Virus record (IMG/VR): IMGVR_UViG_2974649431_000001
Location: 28,282-92,281 of that record
Source of the DNA: a virus
Taxonomy: Duplodnaviria; Heunggongvirae; Uroviricota; Caudoviricetes
Reading direction: 5' to 3' (one strand)
DNA length: 64,000 nt
Part shown: piece by piece, positions 19,801 to 27,943 of the stretch
Numbering within the stretch: position 1 is the first letter of the stretch
Layout of the letters: each line of letters begins with the position of its first letter
Position numbers and translations under genes: made by a program
Notes under the pieces: model-generated
Database searches by the model: none
Seen by the model: the letters and a program-made list of their open reading frames with translations, nothing else
Told to the model about the DNA's origin: nothing

Positions 19801-22603
19801 CAGCGAGAACCCGTTCGCGACCAAGCACCTGTCCATCAACCCCTACTTCATCTACAACAAGAAGGGCAGCGTGGTCCTCAGTCCCAACGTGGACACATGG
19901 ACCGATGAGACGCGGCTCCCAGAAGTGGTGACGAACGTGGACACGGGCGTGGAGGGTCTGCGGAAGATCGCCGACGCAGCTGGCTTGCTCGGCACGTCCT
20001 GGGGCAGCTGGACAGCCCAGAACGCGACTGTGGTGGGCTCCTCGACGACGCGCAACTCGACCATCGACATGGCCATGCTGGACCGCCAAGGTGCTATCGT
20101 GACATGGCAGTCGACGACGACCGAGTCCGTGTCCACCGTCGAGACGACGAGCACGACAATGGGTCGCACAGGCCGTCAGACAACCGTGACCGGAGAAGGC
20201 ACGGAGTACACCATCGACGACATCGTGAAGGACGTTCAGATCCTCCCGTATGCGCGCAGCCGGGTGATCCAGTTCTACGCGACCAACCTGCGCCCCAACA
20301 CACGCGTCTACGTGTACTTCGACGGGGAGAAGGTCAGCGAGTTTGCTCGCAACATCGGCACCACGCTGAACACCGATAACGCCAACACCCAGCTGGGTCA
20401 AATTGCGTGGGGTTCCCCGCTCTACACCGACTCGACGGGCTCCATCATCGGTGAGCTGAACCTGCCCGCAGGTCGCTTCTTCACTGGCAAGTCCGAGTTC
20501 CGGATCAGCGATGACAGCATCGGCAAGTTCGACCCCGACATGGAAACGACCAGCGCGGTCGCTACCTACTTCAGCGGCGGCCTGGACATCACGAAGCAGG
20601 ACAGCACCCTGAACATCATCACGCCGACGCTCAGCGAAGTCGACGTCAGCGAGACGCGGGAGAGCGTGAGCACCCGCGTTGTGGGCTCCCAAGTGGTGTC
20701 CCAGCAGGTGGACGTGTTCACGAGCGTGGACCCCGTCGCGCAGCAGTTCTTCGTGGATGAAGACCAACTGCTGACTGGCGTGGACATCTACCTGCAGGCC
20801 ATCGACATGACCAGCGATGTCATCTGGGTGGAACTGCGCTCCATGGTGAACGGCTACCCCAGCAACGCCGCAATGGCGCGCCGGGAGTTCAAGCCCTCGC
20901 AGCTGGTCGCAAGCGATGACAGCAGCGTCGCGCAGCACGTGGAGTTCTTCACCCCGGTGTTCGTGCAAGGCGGTGGCAACTACTGCTTCGTGGTCGGTGG
21001 TGCAAGCCCCAACACGCGTATCTGGCTCGCGAAGCTGGGTGAGGAAGTCGTGAACATGCCCGGCAAGATCGTGGAGACGCAGCCGACGCTGGGCTCCAGC
21101 TTCCGCAGCCAAAACGGTGTGACGTGGAACGCCGAACAGTTCGAGACCATCAAGTACAAACTCTACCGCGCGCGTTGCAGCGCTGACGAGATGACTGTCG
21201 TGATGGAAAGCGAGTACGAAGACGCCGGCGCCTACGTGCTGGAGGCCAACCCGCTGGAGACCCAGGCAGGTTCCGACCTGGTGCGCGTTTACTGGGACTC
21301 CCATGGTTTCACGGAGAACGACCGTGTGACCCTGAGCCTCTACGACAGCGCCCCGCTGAAGATTCGCGCAACGGCTCTTCCGCCTCAGATCGGCCAGTTC
21401 CTGCACACCGACACGGGCAGCGGCTACATCAAGACGATCAAGAAGGACACAGCGGGCACCGCGGACGACTACATCGTGGAGATGGACAAGACGACAGGTC
21501 GGTTCCTCCAGGGTCAGGCCTACACAGCCGATCCGGCGATCACGGAGATCAAGGACAATCTGCTGCTGGCAAACGCCGGCATCGCAGTGCCCCAGGTCGC
21601 GGTGATCAACAAGGCAGTGGGCACGGTCATCGAGAACCCCCTCCTAGGCGCCTACTTCGATGGCAAGGTCAACGGGATTGACATCCAGGAACTCAGCCGC
21701 GAGCATGTGGTGCGCACTGTGGACTCGGCCAACTCGTTCATCATCCAGGTGACGACGCCGGCGACAGCTACAGGTCGGTCGGGTGGTGCGGACATCCGCT
21801 GCTTCGACTTCAACCTGCGGTACGAGACGTTCAACGTGAGCGGCGCTTACCTGCCCTACAGCAGCGTGGAGAACTGGCAGTTCATCGGCACTGGTCACGG
21901 TACGGCGAACAGCATCTTCGCCGGCGACAACTACGTGGCACAGGCCCCGCAGAGCTTCTTCCCTGGCCGGGACTATGCAAGCGTGCGCCCCTTCAAGATG
22001 GCCGGCAAGACCAACGAGGAGCGCGTGTTCGGCACTTCGGGTCAGAAGTCCATCAAGGTGACGGCGACCTTCCGCACCCGCAATGCGCTGCTCATGCCGG
22101 TCGTGGACGTGAACACGTTCAGCACGATTGCTGTGACCAACCGCGTGGACTTCAACACTGCGGAAGAGTTCAACGTGGCGCCCAACGCCACCAACCGCCT
22201 GGTGCCGGAGACGGATCCGCTGAACGGCAGTGCTACCTACAAGTACGTCACGAAGAACGTGCGTCTGGAGAACCCTGCAGCTGACATCTACATCTACCTG
22301 GATTACTTCAAGGACGTGAACAGCGACTTCGAGATCTACGTGAAGAAGATCCCGACGTACAACGCACAGCCGGTGGACAGCATCCCCTGGGTGAAGCTAA
22401 ATATCCCCAGCAAGAAGAACTCGGCAGACATCGCCGAGCGAATCGAAGGAGCTTACCAATGCTCTGAGCTGGTGGCAGGGTGGAACGACGCTGATGGCAA
22501 CCCCATCCCGTTCAGCTCCTACAAGGTGAAGATCGTGGGCTACGCGCGCAACACTGCGCGGCCTCCGCTGTTCGAGAACTTGAGGGCAATCGCGGTGACA
22601 TGA
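16892..22603 (+). CDS. large virion structural protein (VrlC / DUF4815-like)
   Basis: 1903 aa. NFN.APYY..Y...KNY..VL.KPG..VQ.RELNE.QS, APGADRYK, RYTMRDIG.IE.R..N.EY.TSLSLLE, DRYKNGF.ADNF, DPVAQ.F; located between gp8 and gp13 as in T4-like phages of this architecture. Confidence 0.8.
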   Translation: MTRTNFNQAPYYNSYEAGKNYLMVLHKPGFAVQGRELNEAQSIMLGQMGAFADHVFKNGSKVSNARSTILVSNYARLRAQTPGGEVVNVEQFPEGTIVEGAASGLRARIVMAVNAENADPATLFLSYINTAVDGETTEFVPGEDLHFKDSNDVTVYTATMRCPGCAGSAEGSEVYPTGRGHLFSIDEGIFYFESMFLRSARQQVVVSKYSYPKGEAAQPFAGAKVGFDFVQSIVTSDDDPSLADPSLGYPNATAPGADRYKAELLLSRRSYDSEDGENFLLLGRVNGNYVAEFMKSDAEYASLYDNLAKERFETNGNYTVRPFKLSFYEHKKKNAADPLGWDVNGSEANIVGLVTPSVGYVRGYRVESIADTPVLVPKARATRKLPSYVKLFNDRSYVSLRPTSDIVWPGLSGDQGIVNAERVAMYDSTNAAGAIIGYARFNDFEKIAGQNSDKSAIYKYTVVDLAFTVTGKTLRDVKSFGHLASGFRADSIVTASSGDFEVTNPNTNDLVFGIDKANIKSLRDSDNALNGSMSITIRKKMKATLDSAGKYEFTTGTNEFFTSLSGRTLAYTTSGSNVVKTFDLNGSNASITATSMLLNFGAAEAGKTVTVFADVLKTSQKEKTKTLISRTYTTNVAPVNIVGTKIFLGVADSYDLTKIELYDHTNPSSPTLLADVTSNYKMDTGSNNWFYGESSVVLQKAMSQAITGDMRLHVTFRYFEHSGNEGFFTVDSYSDVINDPANSLGYADIPVFVSSTGAAIPLINAIDFRPIMIAGATTGTVPSVGTTSIFDMEYYLPRADIIQINKDGLIYAKLGNPSDTPALPQPDADAMVLYHVFLNPYTYSMNDVSMKFIENKRYTMRDIGRIEERLKNVEYFTSLSLLEKTAESMSIKDENGLDRYKNGFIADNFSDWQAADLSNVEFNAAADRGKRVLRPRFKASNIKLVPNKDSSVGVQWKGNIAMLPYVNEVSSENPFATKHLSINPYFIYNKKGSVVLSPNVDTWTDETRLPEVVTNVDTGVEGLRKIADAAGLLGTSWGSWTAQNATVVGSSTTRNSTIDMAMLDRQGAIVTWQSTTTESVSTVETTSTTMGRTGRQTTVTGEGTEYTIDDIVKDVQILPYARSRVIQFYATNLRPNTRVYVYFDGEKVSEFARNIGTTLNTDNANTQLGQIAWGSPLYTDSTGSIIGELNLPAGRFFTGKSEFRISDDSIGKFDPDMETTSAVATYFSGGLDITKQDSTLNIITPTLSEVDVSETRESVSTRVVGSQVVSQQVDVFTSVDPVAQQFFVDEDQLLTGVDIYLQAIDMTSDVIWVELRSMVNGYPSNAAMARREFKPSQLVASDDSSVAQHVEFFTPVFVQGGGNYCFVVGGASPNTRIWLAKLGEEVVNMPGKIVETQPTLGSSFRSQNGVTWNAEQFETIKYKLYRARCSADEMTVVMESEYEDAGAYVLEANPLETQAGSDLVRVYWDSHGFTENDRVTLSLYDSAPLKIRATALPPQIGQFLHTDTGSGYIKTIKKDTAGTADDYIVEMDKTTGRFLQGQAYTADPAITEIKDNLLLANAGIAVPQVAVINKAVGTVIENPLLGAYFDGKVNGIDIQELSREHVVRTVDSANSFIIQVTTPATATGRSGGADIRCFDFNLRYETFNVSGAYLPYSSVENWQFIGTGHGTANSIFAGDNYVAQAPQSFFPGRDYASVRPFKMAGKTNEERVFGTSGQKSIKVTATFRTRNALLMPVVDVNTFSTIAVTNRVDFNTAEEFNVAPNATNRLVPETDPLNGSATYKYVTKNVRLENPAADIYIYLDYFKDVNSDFEIYVKKIPTYNAQPVDSIPWVKLNIPSKKNSADIAERIEGAYQCSELVAGWNDADGNPIPFSSYKVKIVGYARNTARPPLFENLRAIAVT

Positions 22604-22806
22604 CCGACATCAGGGTAGAAGACCGCGCTGGTCTCGTGAAACGGGACAGCGCTTACATCGTCAACACAGACAGGGACGAGTACGCCCGGGCTTTAGCTCG
22701 GCGCACTCAGTCCGCGAAGAACAAGAAGCTGGAAAAACGGGTCGAAGATCTAGAGGGAAAACTGGACGAGATCATTCATCTTTTGAGGGGCATCAATGGC
22801 AATTAA
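22600..22806 (+). CDS. conserved T4-like small coiled-coil protein upstream of gp13
   Basis: RVE..AGLVKR..AYIVNTD.DEY..(coiled coil)..LL; overlaps both neighbours. Confidence 0.65.
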   Translation: MTDIRVEDRAGLVKRDSAYIVNTDRDEYARALARRTQSAKNKKLEKRVEDLEGKLDEIIHLLRGINGN

Positions 22807-23554
22807 CCGCATCAAGTCACGTATCGCGTTTGCGCAGTATTGCCTGCGCAAGCTCGGCGACCCTGTGGTCGAGATCAACGTCGACGAGGCGCAGATCGAC
22901 GATGCCATCGACGATGCCCTCGACATGTTCTGGGAGTACCACGCGGATGGCAGCACCCAGCTGTTCCTGAAGCACCAGGTGACGCAGGAAGACCTTGACT
23001 CCGGCAGCTTCCAGGTACCAGACAACGTGCTGAACGTGATCCGCGTGCTCAGCTTGGGCGGTGGCGGAGGTTCCCCTGGTATTGCCGGCATGGAGAATCT
23101 GCAGTACGTCGCATACTTCAGCGACCTCATTAGCAGGATCCCAACGGGTGGCATGGCGAGCTACGCGATCAACATGTCCTACCTGAACTCGGTGACGGAC
23201 ATGTTCAACGCCGAGAAGCTCATCCAGTTCAACAAGCACCAGGACAGGCTCATCATCCAAGGGGGCACTCCAGGTCTCGCTGTCGGAGACTTCGTTGTCT
23301 ACGAGGCTGTCGTGATCAACGACCCCAAGGTCCACCCCGAGACCTGGAACAACTGGTGGCTGAAAGCCTACACGACCGCGCTCATCAAGAAGCAATGGGG
23401 TGTGAACCTCGGCAAGTACCGCGACGTCACGCTGCCATCGGGCTTGACCATCAACGGGGAGGCCATCCGGAACGAGGGCATCACCGAAGTCGCCGAGCTG
23501 GAGCAACGCTTGCGCGACGAATTCCAGGAACCTCCTGACTTCTACATCGGCTGA
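22796..23554 (+). CDS. gp13: neck protein gp13
   Basis: YCLRKLG.PV.EINV...QIDD.IDDAL..F.EYH.DG...WLK.Y.TALIK.QWG.NL.K..LP.G.T.NG. Confidence 0.93.
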   Translation: MAINRIKSRIAFAQYCLRKLGDPVVEINVDEAQIDDAIDDALDMFWEYHADGSTQLFLKHQVTQEDLDSGSFQVPDNVLNVIRVLSLGGGGGSPGIAGMENLQYVAYFSDLISRIPTGGMASYAINMSYLNSVTDMFNAEKLIQFNKHQDRLIIQGGTPGLAVGDFVVYEAVVINDPKVHPETWNNWWLKAYTTALIKKQWGVNLGKYRDVTLPSGLTINGEAIRNEGITEVAELEQRLRDEFQEPPDFYIG

Positions 23555-23562
23555 GGGAAGCA

Positions 23563-23829
23563 ATGAACAAGTACCAAATCTATACAGACTCCCTGCTGGA
23601 GTCGACTGTCAGCCTGTCATCCAAGAAGAAGACGAAGGACGCTGATGGCAACAACATCGTGGAAGTGAAGCTCAGCAACGGCAAGACCTTCGAGCTGCTG
23701 AAGCTGAACAGCCAAGAGTCCCAAGGTGTGCCCGGGTGGCACGACAAGAACGTGGACAGGTACAGCTTCCGGGGCGAAACAGTGGACTCGGCCATCGCTG
23801 CGATCATCGCCACGCAGAACAAGCACTGA
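23563..23829 (+). CDS. small hypothetical protein; candidate internal head protein
   Basis: GAGG RBS; the N-terminus MNKYQIYTDSLLES matches the shared motif. Confidence 0.65.
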   Translation: MNKYQIYTDSLLESTVSLSSKKKTKDADGNNIVEVKLSNGKTFELLKLNSQESQGVPGWHDKNVDRYSFRGETVDSAIAAIIATQNKH

Positions 23830-23877
23830 CCTAAAGCTCAGGAGTGCAGTATAGCACTCCTTATCCAGTCTTTCATC

Positions 23878-24282
23878 ATGAAGCAAAAACGCTCCTACGA
23901 TTGCCGACCCATTCAATGGGATGTGGTTAAGAAGAAACTTCATTTTCACAAGCTCGCTGCCATGCGGCGAGGGCTCGACTTCAACTTGTCGGCCATGTCG
24001 GTTTACAACCTCCTACGTGCCCGGCGCTGCTACTACACAGGAATCGAAATGACGGAAGCCCTGCCTCACAAGCATGGGGTTTCTGGCATCAACTTGCTCA
24101 CTGACAGGACGTTTGAGAGGCTCGATGCTTCCAAGGGTTACGTCATAGGCAACGTTGTGTCCTGCTGCCGGGGCGTGAACAGCCTGAAGGGGCAGTTGGA
24201 GCGAGATGGAGAACCCGTCGACCCCGAAGACTTGAAAATCATCATCAAGGAAGTCCGTCGGGTCATTTTGGAAGTGAACTGA
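23878..24282 (+). CDS. HNH-like (His-Me finger) endonuclease-family protein
   Basis: RRGLDFNLS..RCYYTG...T.ER.D.SKGY..GNVV.CC..VN.LKG pattern. Confidence 0.65.
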   Translation: MKQKRSYDCRPIQWDVVKKKLHFHKLAAMRRGLDFNLSAMSVYNLLRARRCYYTGIEMTEALPHKHGVSGINLLTDRTFERLDASKGYVIGNVVSCCRGVNSLKGQLERDGEPVDPEDLKIIIKEVRRVILEVN

Positions 24283-24332
24283 GTTTATAATTGAGACACT
24301 GCAAGACGCAGTGCTACACAGAAAGGTTCATC

Positions 24333-24767
24333 ATGAGCACCGAAGCATTCACCCTCCCCGCCGGTACCTACTACGTCGGTGACCCCTGCTACGCTTTCTC
24401 CCACCAAACGGACACCTGGGACAAGCTCCTCGGCCTCTCAGACACCTTCGAGAAGAACGTAGTCGATCTGGACGGCAAGCACGTCGCTGGCTTCGGCACC
24501 ATGTACGGCGACGGCATCTACAACGGCTTCCCCGTCGATGCCGGTCTCATCGGATGCGTGCACGAAGACCTGATCGAGGACAACTCCACTTTCCGTTCTT
24601 CCCCCAACTGCGGTCGCCTCGTGACCTTCGACGAACCCTTCACGGTGCAGGGCTACCCCAACGGCGACATCCGCATCGGCCACATCACCGTGGAAACCGG
24701 CGATGACGCTTCCGACGAGGACTACGATCCCGACCGCGACGACAACGATTTCACAGGCCCCTGGTAA
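24333..24767 (+). CDS. conserved phage hypothetical protein (GDPCY / YGDG / VDAG motifs)
   Basis: ATG at 24333 with AAAGG RBS, TATAAT at 24286-24291, and its own terminator. Confidence 0.7.
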   Translation: MSTEAFTLPAGTYYVGDPCYAFSHQTDTWDKLLGLSDTFEKNVVDLDGKHVAGFGTMYGDGIYNGFPVDAGLIGCVHEDLIEDNSTFRSSPNCGRLVTFDEPFTVQGYPNGDIRIGHITVETGDDASDEDYDPDRDDNDFTGPW

Positions 24768-24784
24768 CCCGACCGCTCCCCAGC

Positions 24785-24810
24785 AAACCCGCTTCGGCGG
24801 GTTTTCTTTT
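24785..24810 (+). terminator. rho-independent terminator (UUCG tetraloop)
   Basis: AAACCCGC-TTCG-GCGGGTTT followed by TCTTTT. Confidence 0.9.
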
Positions 24811-24815
24811 GGCTG

Positions 24816-24821
24816 TAAATA
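24816..24821 (+). promoter_or_regulatory. late promoter (TAAATA)
   Basis: GTAAATAG immediately after the terminator and 21 nt before the gp14 ATG (AAGGAG RBS). Confidence 0.7.
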
Positions 24822-24841
24822 GTTCCAAGAAAGGAGCGTTC

Positions 24842-25501
24842 ATGGCCACAAGTCCCTACTTCAACAACATCAACCGGAAAAGCGAACAGGACCTCCATGA
24901 GTCGCTTGTCATAGAGAACATCAAAATCTCCGGGGTGGACGTCCTCTACATCCCCATGGAGAACTTCGAGGTGGACCCGATCCTGCAGGAGCCCAAGAAG
25001 GTCACCTTCGAGCGCAGCTTCAAGATCGAAGCATACCTGCCTAACAACGGGGAAACGGACGGCGAGCAGAACCTCATGTCCAAGTTCGGCTTCCGCGTGA
25101 ACAAGACAGTCGAGGTGCTGATCAGTCGGAAGCGCTTCGACCAGCTGGATACCGGCAAGATGCGTCCCCTGGAGGGAGACCTCATCTTCATCGGCGATCC
25201 CGACAGCCCTCGGGGCAGCTTCGTGAACGCACTCTTCCAGATCAACCAGGTGAGCTACCAGAGCCCCGAATGGCCTTACGGCAGCCACTACACCTACAAG
25301 CTGTTCTGTGAGACCTACATCTACAACTTCGAGAAGTTCGAGACGGGCGTGCCAGCCCTCGACCAGTTCGACTTGGTGGGACCGGAAGACAACGATCACC
25401 GCGTCGAGAACCTCCTGGTGAACGGATCCAACTTGGACATCGAGGAAGTCAAGAAGAGCCTCATCAAGTTCGACCGCCATAACCCACTCACGGGCATCTG
25501 A
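24842..25501 (+). CDS. gp14: neck protein gp14
   Basis: ATG at 24842. SPYFN..EQ.L.E.L..E.I...G.DV.Y.P..F..SF.IEAY..SKFG..P.EGDLI..Y.L.CE...Y..E...TG...D. Confidence 0.92.
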   Translation: MATSPYFNNINRKSEQDLHESLVIENIKISGVDVLYIPMENFEVDPILQEPKKVTFERSFKIEAYLPNNGETDGEQNLMSKFGFRVNKTVEVLISRKRFDQLDTGKMRPLEGDLIFIGDPDSPRGSFVNALFQINQVSYQSPEWPYGSHYTYKLFCETYIYNFEKFETGVPALDQFDLVGPEDNDHRVENLLVNGSNLDIEEVKKSLIKFDRHNPLTGI

Positions 25502-25800
25502 TGAGCAAGCTGAACGCGTACCTCCGCAGCCTCTTGAATGAGGCGAGCTACCCCAGCAGGTTTGCCATCGGTGAGCCTGTCATGTTTTCGGCAGATCTGA
25601 ACGACCCCAGCGTGGGCAGCCCTTCGGGGCCTTCCCTGGCGCTGCTGTGCAAAGTCGTTGCAGTCAAATTCGACGGACCCAAGGTGCTGTACGACCTTGC
25701 TGTCGCGGACCCACAATCGGAAACCGGCTTCTACGAGGTTCTCCCTCTGTGCAACGTCGACTCCTACTTCGTCTACCCTTTCAGAACCCCAGGCACCTAA
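25501..25800 (+). CDS. small hypothetical protein; candidate internal head protein
   Basis: TGATG coupling to gp14; N-terminus MSKLNAYLRSLLNEA. Confidence 0.65.
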   Translation: MSKLNAYLRSLLNEASYPSRFAIGEPVMFSADLNDPSVGSPSGPSLALLCKVVAVKFDGPKVLYDLAVADPQSETGFYEVLPLCNVDSYFVYPFRTPGT

Positions 25801-26117
25801 TGAATTTTTTCCAAGCATACGAGACCGTTCTTCTTGAGGCGGTCTACGACCCCAGCGACAAGAACATTCCTCTCAATCAGCGCTCCGAACGCCAGCAGGC
25901 CGCCATCAAGGCTTACAGCAAGAAGGAGAAGCCTCCGAAGGTTCACATTAGTATCAAGCACGCTGACGGCACCGTTTCCAAGCATCAGTTCTTCCACTCC
26001 AAGACAGACGCCCCTGAAGTGATGGCAGACAACCACCTGAAGCATATGCAAGGCATCCACGACAAGTTCAACGTGGGCAGCCGAGCTGAGAGCGTGCACA
26101 AGGTCGAGGTGAAGTAA
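25800..26117 (+). CDS. small hypothetical protein; candidate internal head protein
   Basis: TAATG coupling; N-terminus MNFFQAYETVLLEA. Confidence 0.65.
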   Translation: MNFFQAYETVLLEAVYDPSDKNIPLNQRSERQQAAIKAYSKKEKPPKVHISIKHADGTVSKHQFFHSKTDAPEVMADNHLKHMQGIHDKFNVGSRAESVHKVEVK

Positions 26118-26120
26118 CTC

Positions 26121-26849
26121 ATGCTGGGCTTCAGCCACTACTATTGGGCCACGACGAAGAAGGTCATCGTGGCCTTTGGTTCCATCTTCGACAATCTGAC
26201 GATTGAGGGTGACCACGGCGATGAACTGAGGGTGCCGCTGTACTACAGCCCGCGTGAAAAGTTCATTGACAACCGCAAGCAGAACCCTGACATCGAGAGC
26301 ACTGCTTTCGACCTGACGTTCCCTGCAATGGGCTTCGAGATCACGGGGGTGAACTTCGCTCCCGAACGACACTTGAACCCACTGAGGCGCATCCAGGACA
26401 GGGACGGTGACGAGAAGCTCGCGAGCTTCAACAGGGTGCCTTACGACATCACGTTCAGCTTGACCGTGGGGGCTCGTCGGTTTGAAGAGTCCTTGAGGAT
26501 CGTGGAACAGATCTTCCCATTCTTCACGCCTGAGCTCACCATGACGTTCAAGGATCGTGAGGACTTCGACCTGGACACGAACGTCAGCTTCACCCTGAAC
26601 TCCACGGGGCTGAACATGCCCTACGAAGGCACCTACGACGAACGCAGGACCATCCTCTGGGACCTGCAGTTCACGGCGAAGACCTTCTACTACGCGCCTG
26701 TCCAACGGCTGGAGCGGATCAAGCAAACCGTCATGGACCTCCGTTCGATGGAGTTCGATCGACGCTTTGAAGCACTGCAGTCCACCGTGGTTCCAAGGAC
26801 AGCAAGAGTCAACGACCCACACGTCATCGAGGAAAAGGTACTGGACTGA
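26121..26849 (+). CDS. gp15: tail sheath stabiliser / completion protein gp15
   Basis: HYY..T.KK..VAFG..F.N..I..RVPL.Y.PREKF..P.MGFE..VPY...F.L..EQI.PFF.P..W.L.F..K...Y.P. Confidence 0.92.
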   Translation: MLGFSHYYWATTKKVIVAFGSIFDNLTIEGDHGDELRVPLYYSPREKFIDNRKQNPDIESTAFDLTFPAMGFEITGVNFAPERHLNPLRRIQDRDGDEKLASFNRVPYDITFSLTVGARRFEESLRIVEQIFPFFTPELTMTFKDREDFDLDTNVSFTLNSTGLNMPYEGTYDERRTILWDLQFTAKTFYYAPVQRLERIKQTVMDLRSMEFDRRFEALQSTVVPRTARVNDPHVIEEKVLD

Positions 26850-26851
26850 AC

Positions 26852-27352
26852 ATGGACAAGATTTCAGAACTGCTTGGCACACAGACAGGCATCGATAGCG
26901 CTCCTGGAACAGCCGTTGCTGAGGTCTCCAAGACCTTCGACGACATCTCTGACAACCTCCGTCGCTCCGTGAAGAAGATGGCTGGGGAGGACTACCAGTT
27001 CAGTCGAGATCACATGCGAGACGCCATTGCAAAGTGTGCAGGGATGATGCCTGGTCTCGTTGCGCTCGCGAACATTGCTGAAAGCCCTCTGCTCTACAAC
27101 AGTGCAGCACAGTTCTTCAAAGTGTTCGCTGACATGAACTCCAGTCTGCTTGAAGCCAGTGCGAAGATGGATAAGCTAGCCAACAGTGCACCAAAAGACA
27201 AGCCCAAGGAGCCCGAAAGCGTTCCAGAGCCTACAGCAGCACTCCCAAGCACGCAGGACGACTTCACAGGTACCACTGCGGACTTCCTAGACAAGGCACT
27301 TGAAGAACTGAGGAAGCGCAAAGCTGAGTCCAACGTCGTCATTGACATCTAA
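26852..27352 (+). CDS. gp16: terminase small subunit gp16
   Basis: EDYQFSR.HM motif and a C-terminal F.GTT.D.L; located between gp15 and gp17. Confidence 0.75.
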   Translation: MDKISELLGTQTGIDSAPGTAVAEVSKTFDDISDNLRRSVKKMAGEDYQFSRDHMRDAIAKCAGMMPGLVALANIAESPLLYNSAAQFFKVFADMNSSLLEASAKMDKLANSAPKDKPKEPESVPEPTAALPSTQDDFTGTTADFLDKALEELRKRKAESNVVIDI

Positions 27353-27943
27353 GTCGTGGCACGCCATTTGTGCTAGAGGATGAAGGGAGAGAGGAAGTCG
27401 TCTTCAACTCTTTCTCTTCCTCCCTGCTTTCAATGTCCTTCAAGAAGCTTCAGTCACAATTTGGCTCTTCAGCCAAATGCGTCGTTCGACACAGTCATCA
27501 CACTACCGAGTCAACGGTGGGACCGGCTACGCGGTGAGCCCCTTACGTGTTTGTGGACAAAGTCCAGTAGCGCCCGGCCCGCTGAACCTGATGACTGGCT
27601 ACTCAGCTGGGCCTGTACCTAAATTTTTGGTACATCTTGATTGGTTTTGAGCTTTCCCGCTTGCTCCCAGGCTTTCCATCCAGGCATCGCCCAAACGTAC
27701 TGTGACCTGACCATCAGCGGGTCAATCTTGCATGCTCTTTTACGTGTCGACCCTGAGTCGTTGACCACGTCGCTTCCGATCGATTTACCGTCACACTCCC
27801 GAGAAGGACGGATTAGGACAAGCGAATGACTTCATGACAACCTCAGGCTACACGCCTTGACTGTGAGGGCAACAACGGGCACGGAGCCCAGCGCGCATTA
27901 TAACGCGCAACCGTACTTATAAGTACAGGAAAAAGGACTGATC
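27353..27943. other. 590-nt non-coding, hairpin-rich intergenic region
   Basis: No ORF with phage codon bias; several inverted repeats (see findings). Confidence 0.6.

Noticed and set aside
16790-21406. 1538-aa minus-strand ORF and many other long antisense ORFs (e.g. 29567-31585, 27 kb to 60 kb shadows)
   Set aside because: These are antisense shadows of genes with strong C/G third-position bias. They have no recognisable motifs and are rich in V/H/R/L as expected for shadow frames.
27380-27829. ORFs 27380-27622 and 27641-27829 in the gp16-gp17 gap
   Set aside because: No phage codon bias, Ser/Pro/Leu-rich composition and no homology cues; treated as non-coding.
27353-27943. tRNA genes or a group I intron in the intergenic gap
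   Set aside because: No cloverleaf with a TTCGA T-loop and CCA end was found by eye. The region lies between complete genes rather than interrupting one, and no intron core motifs were recognised.
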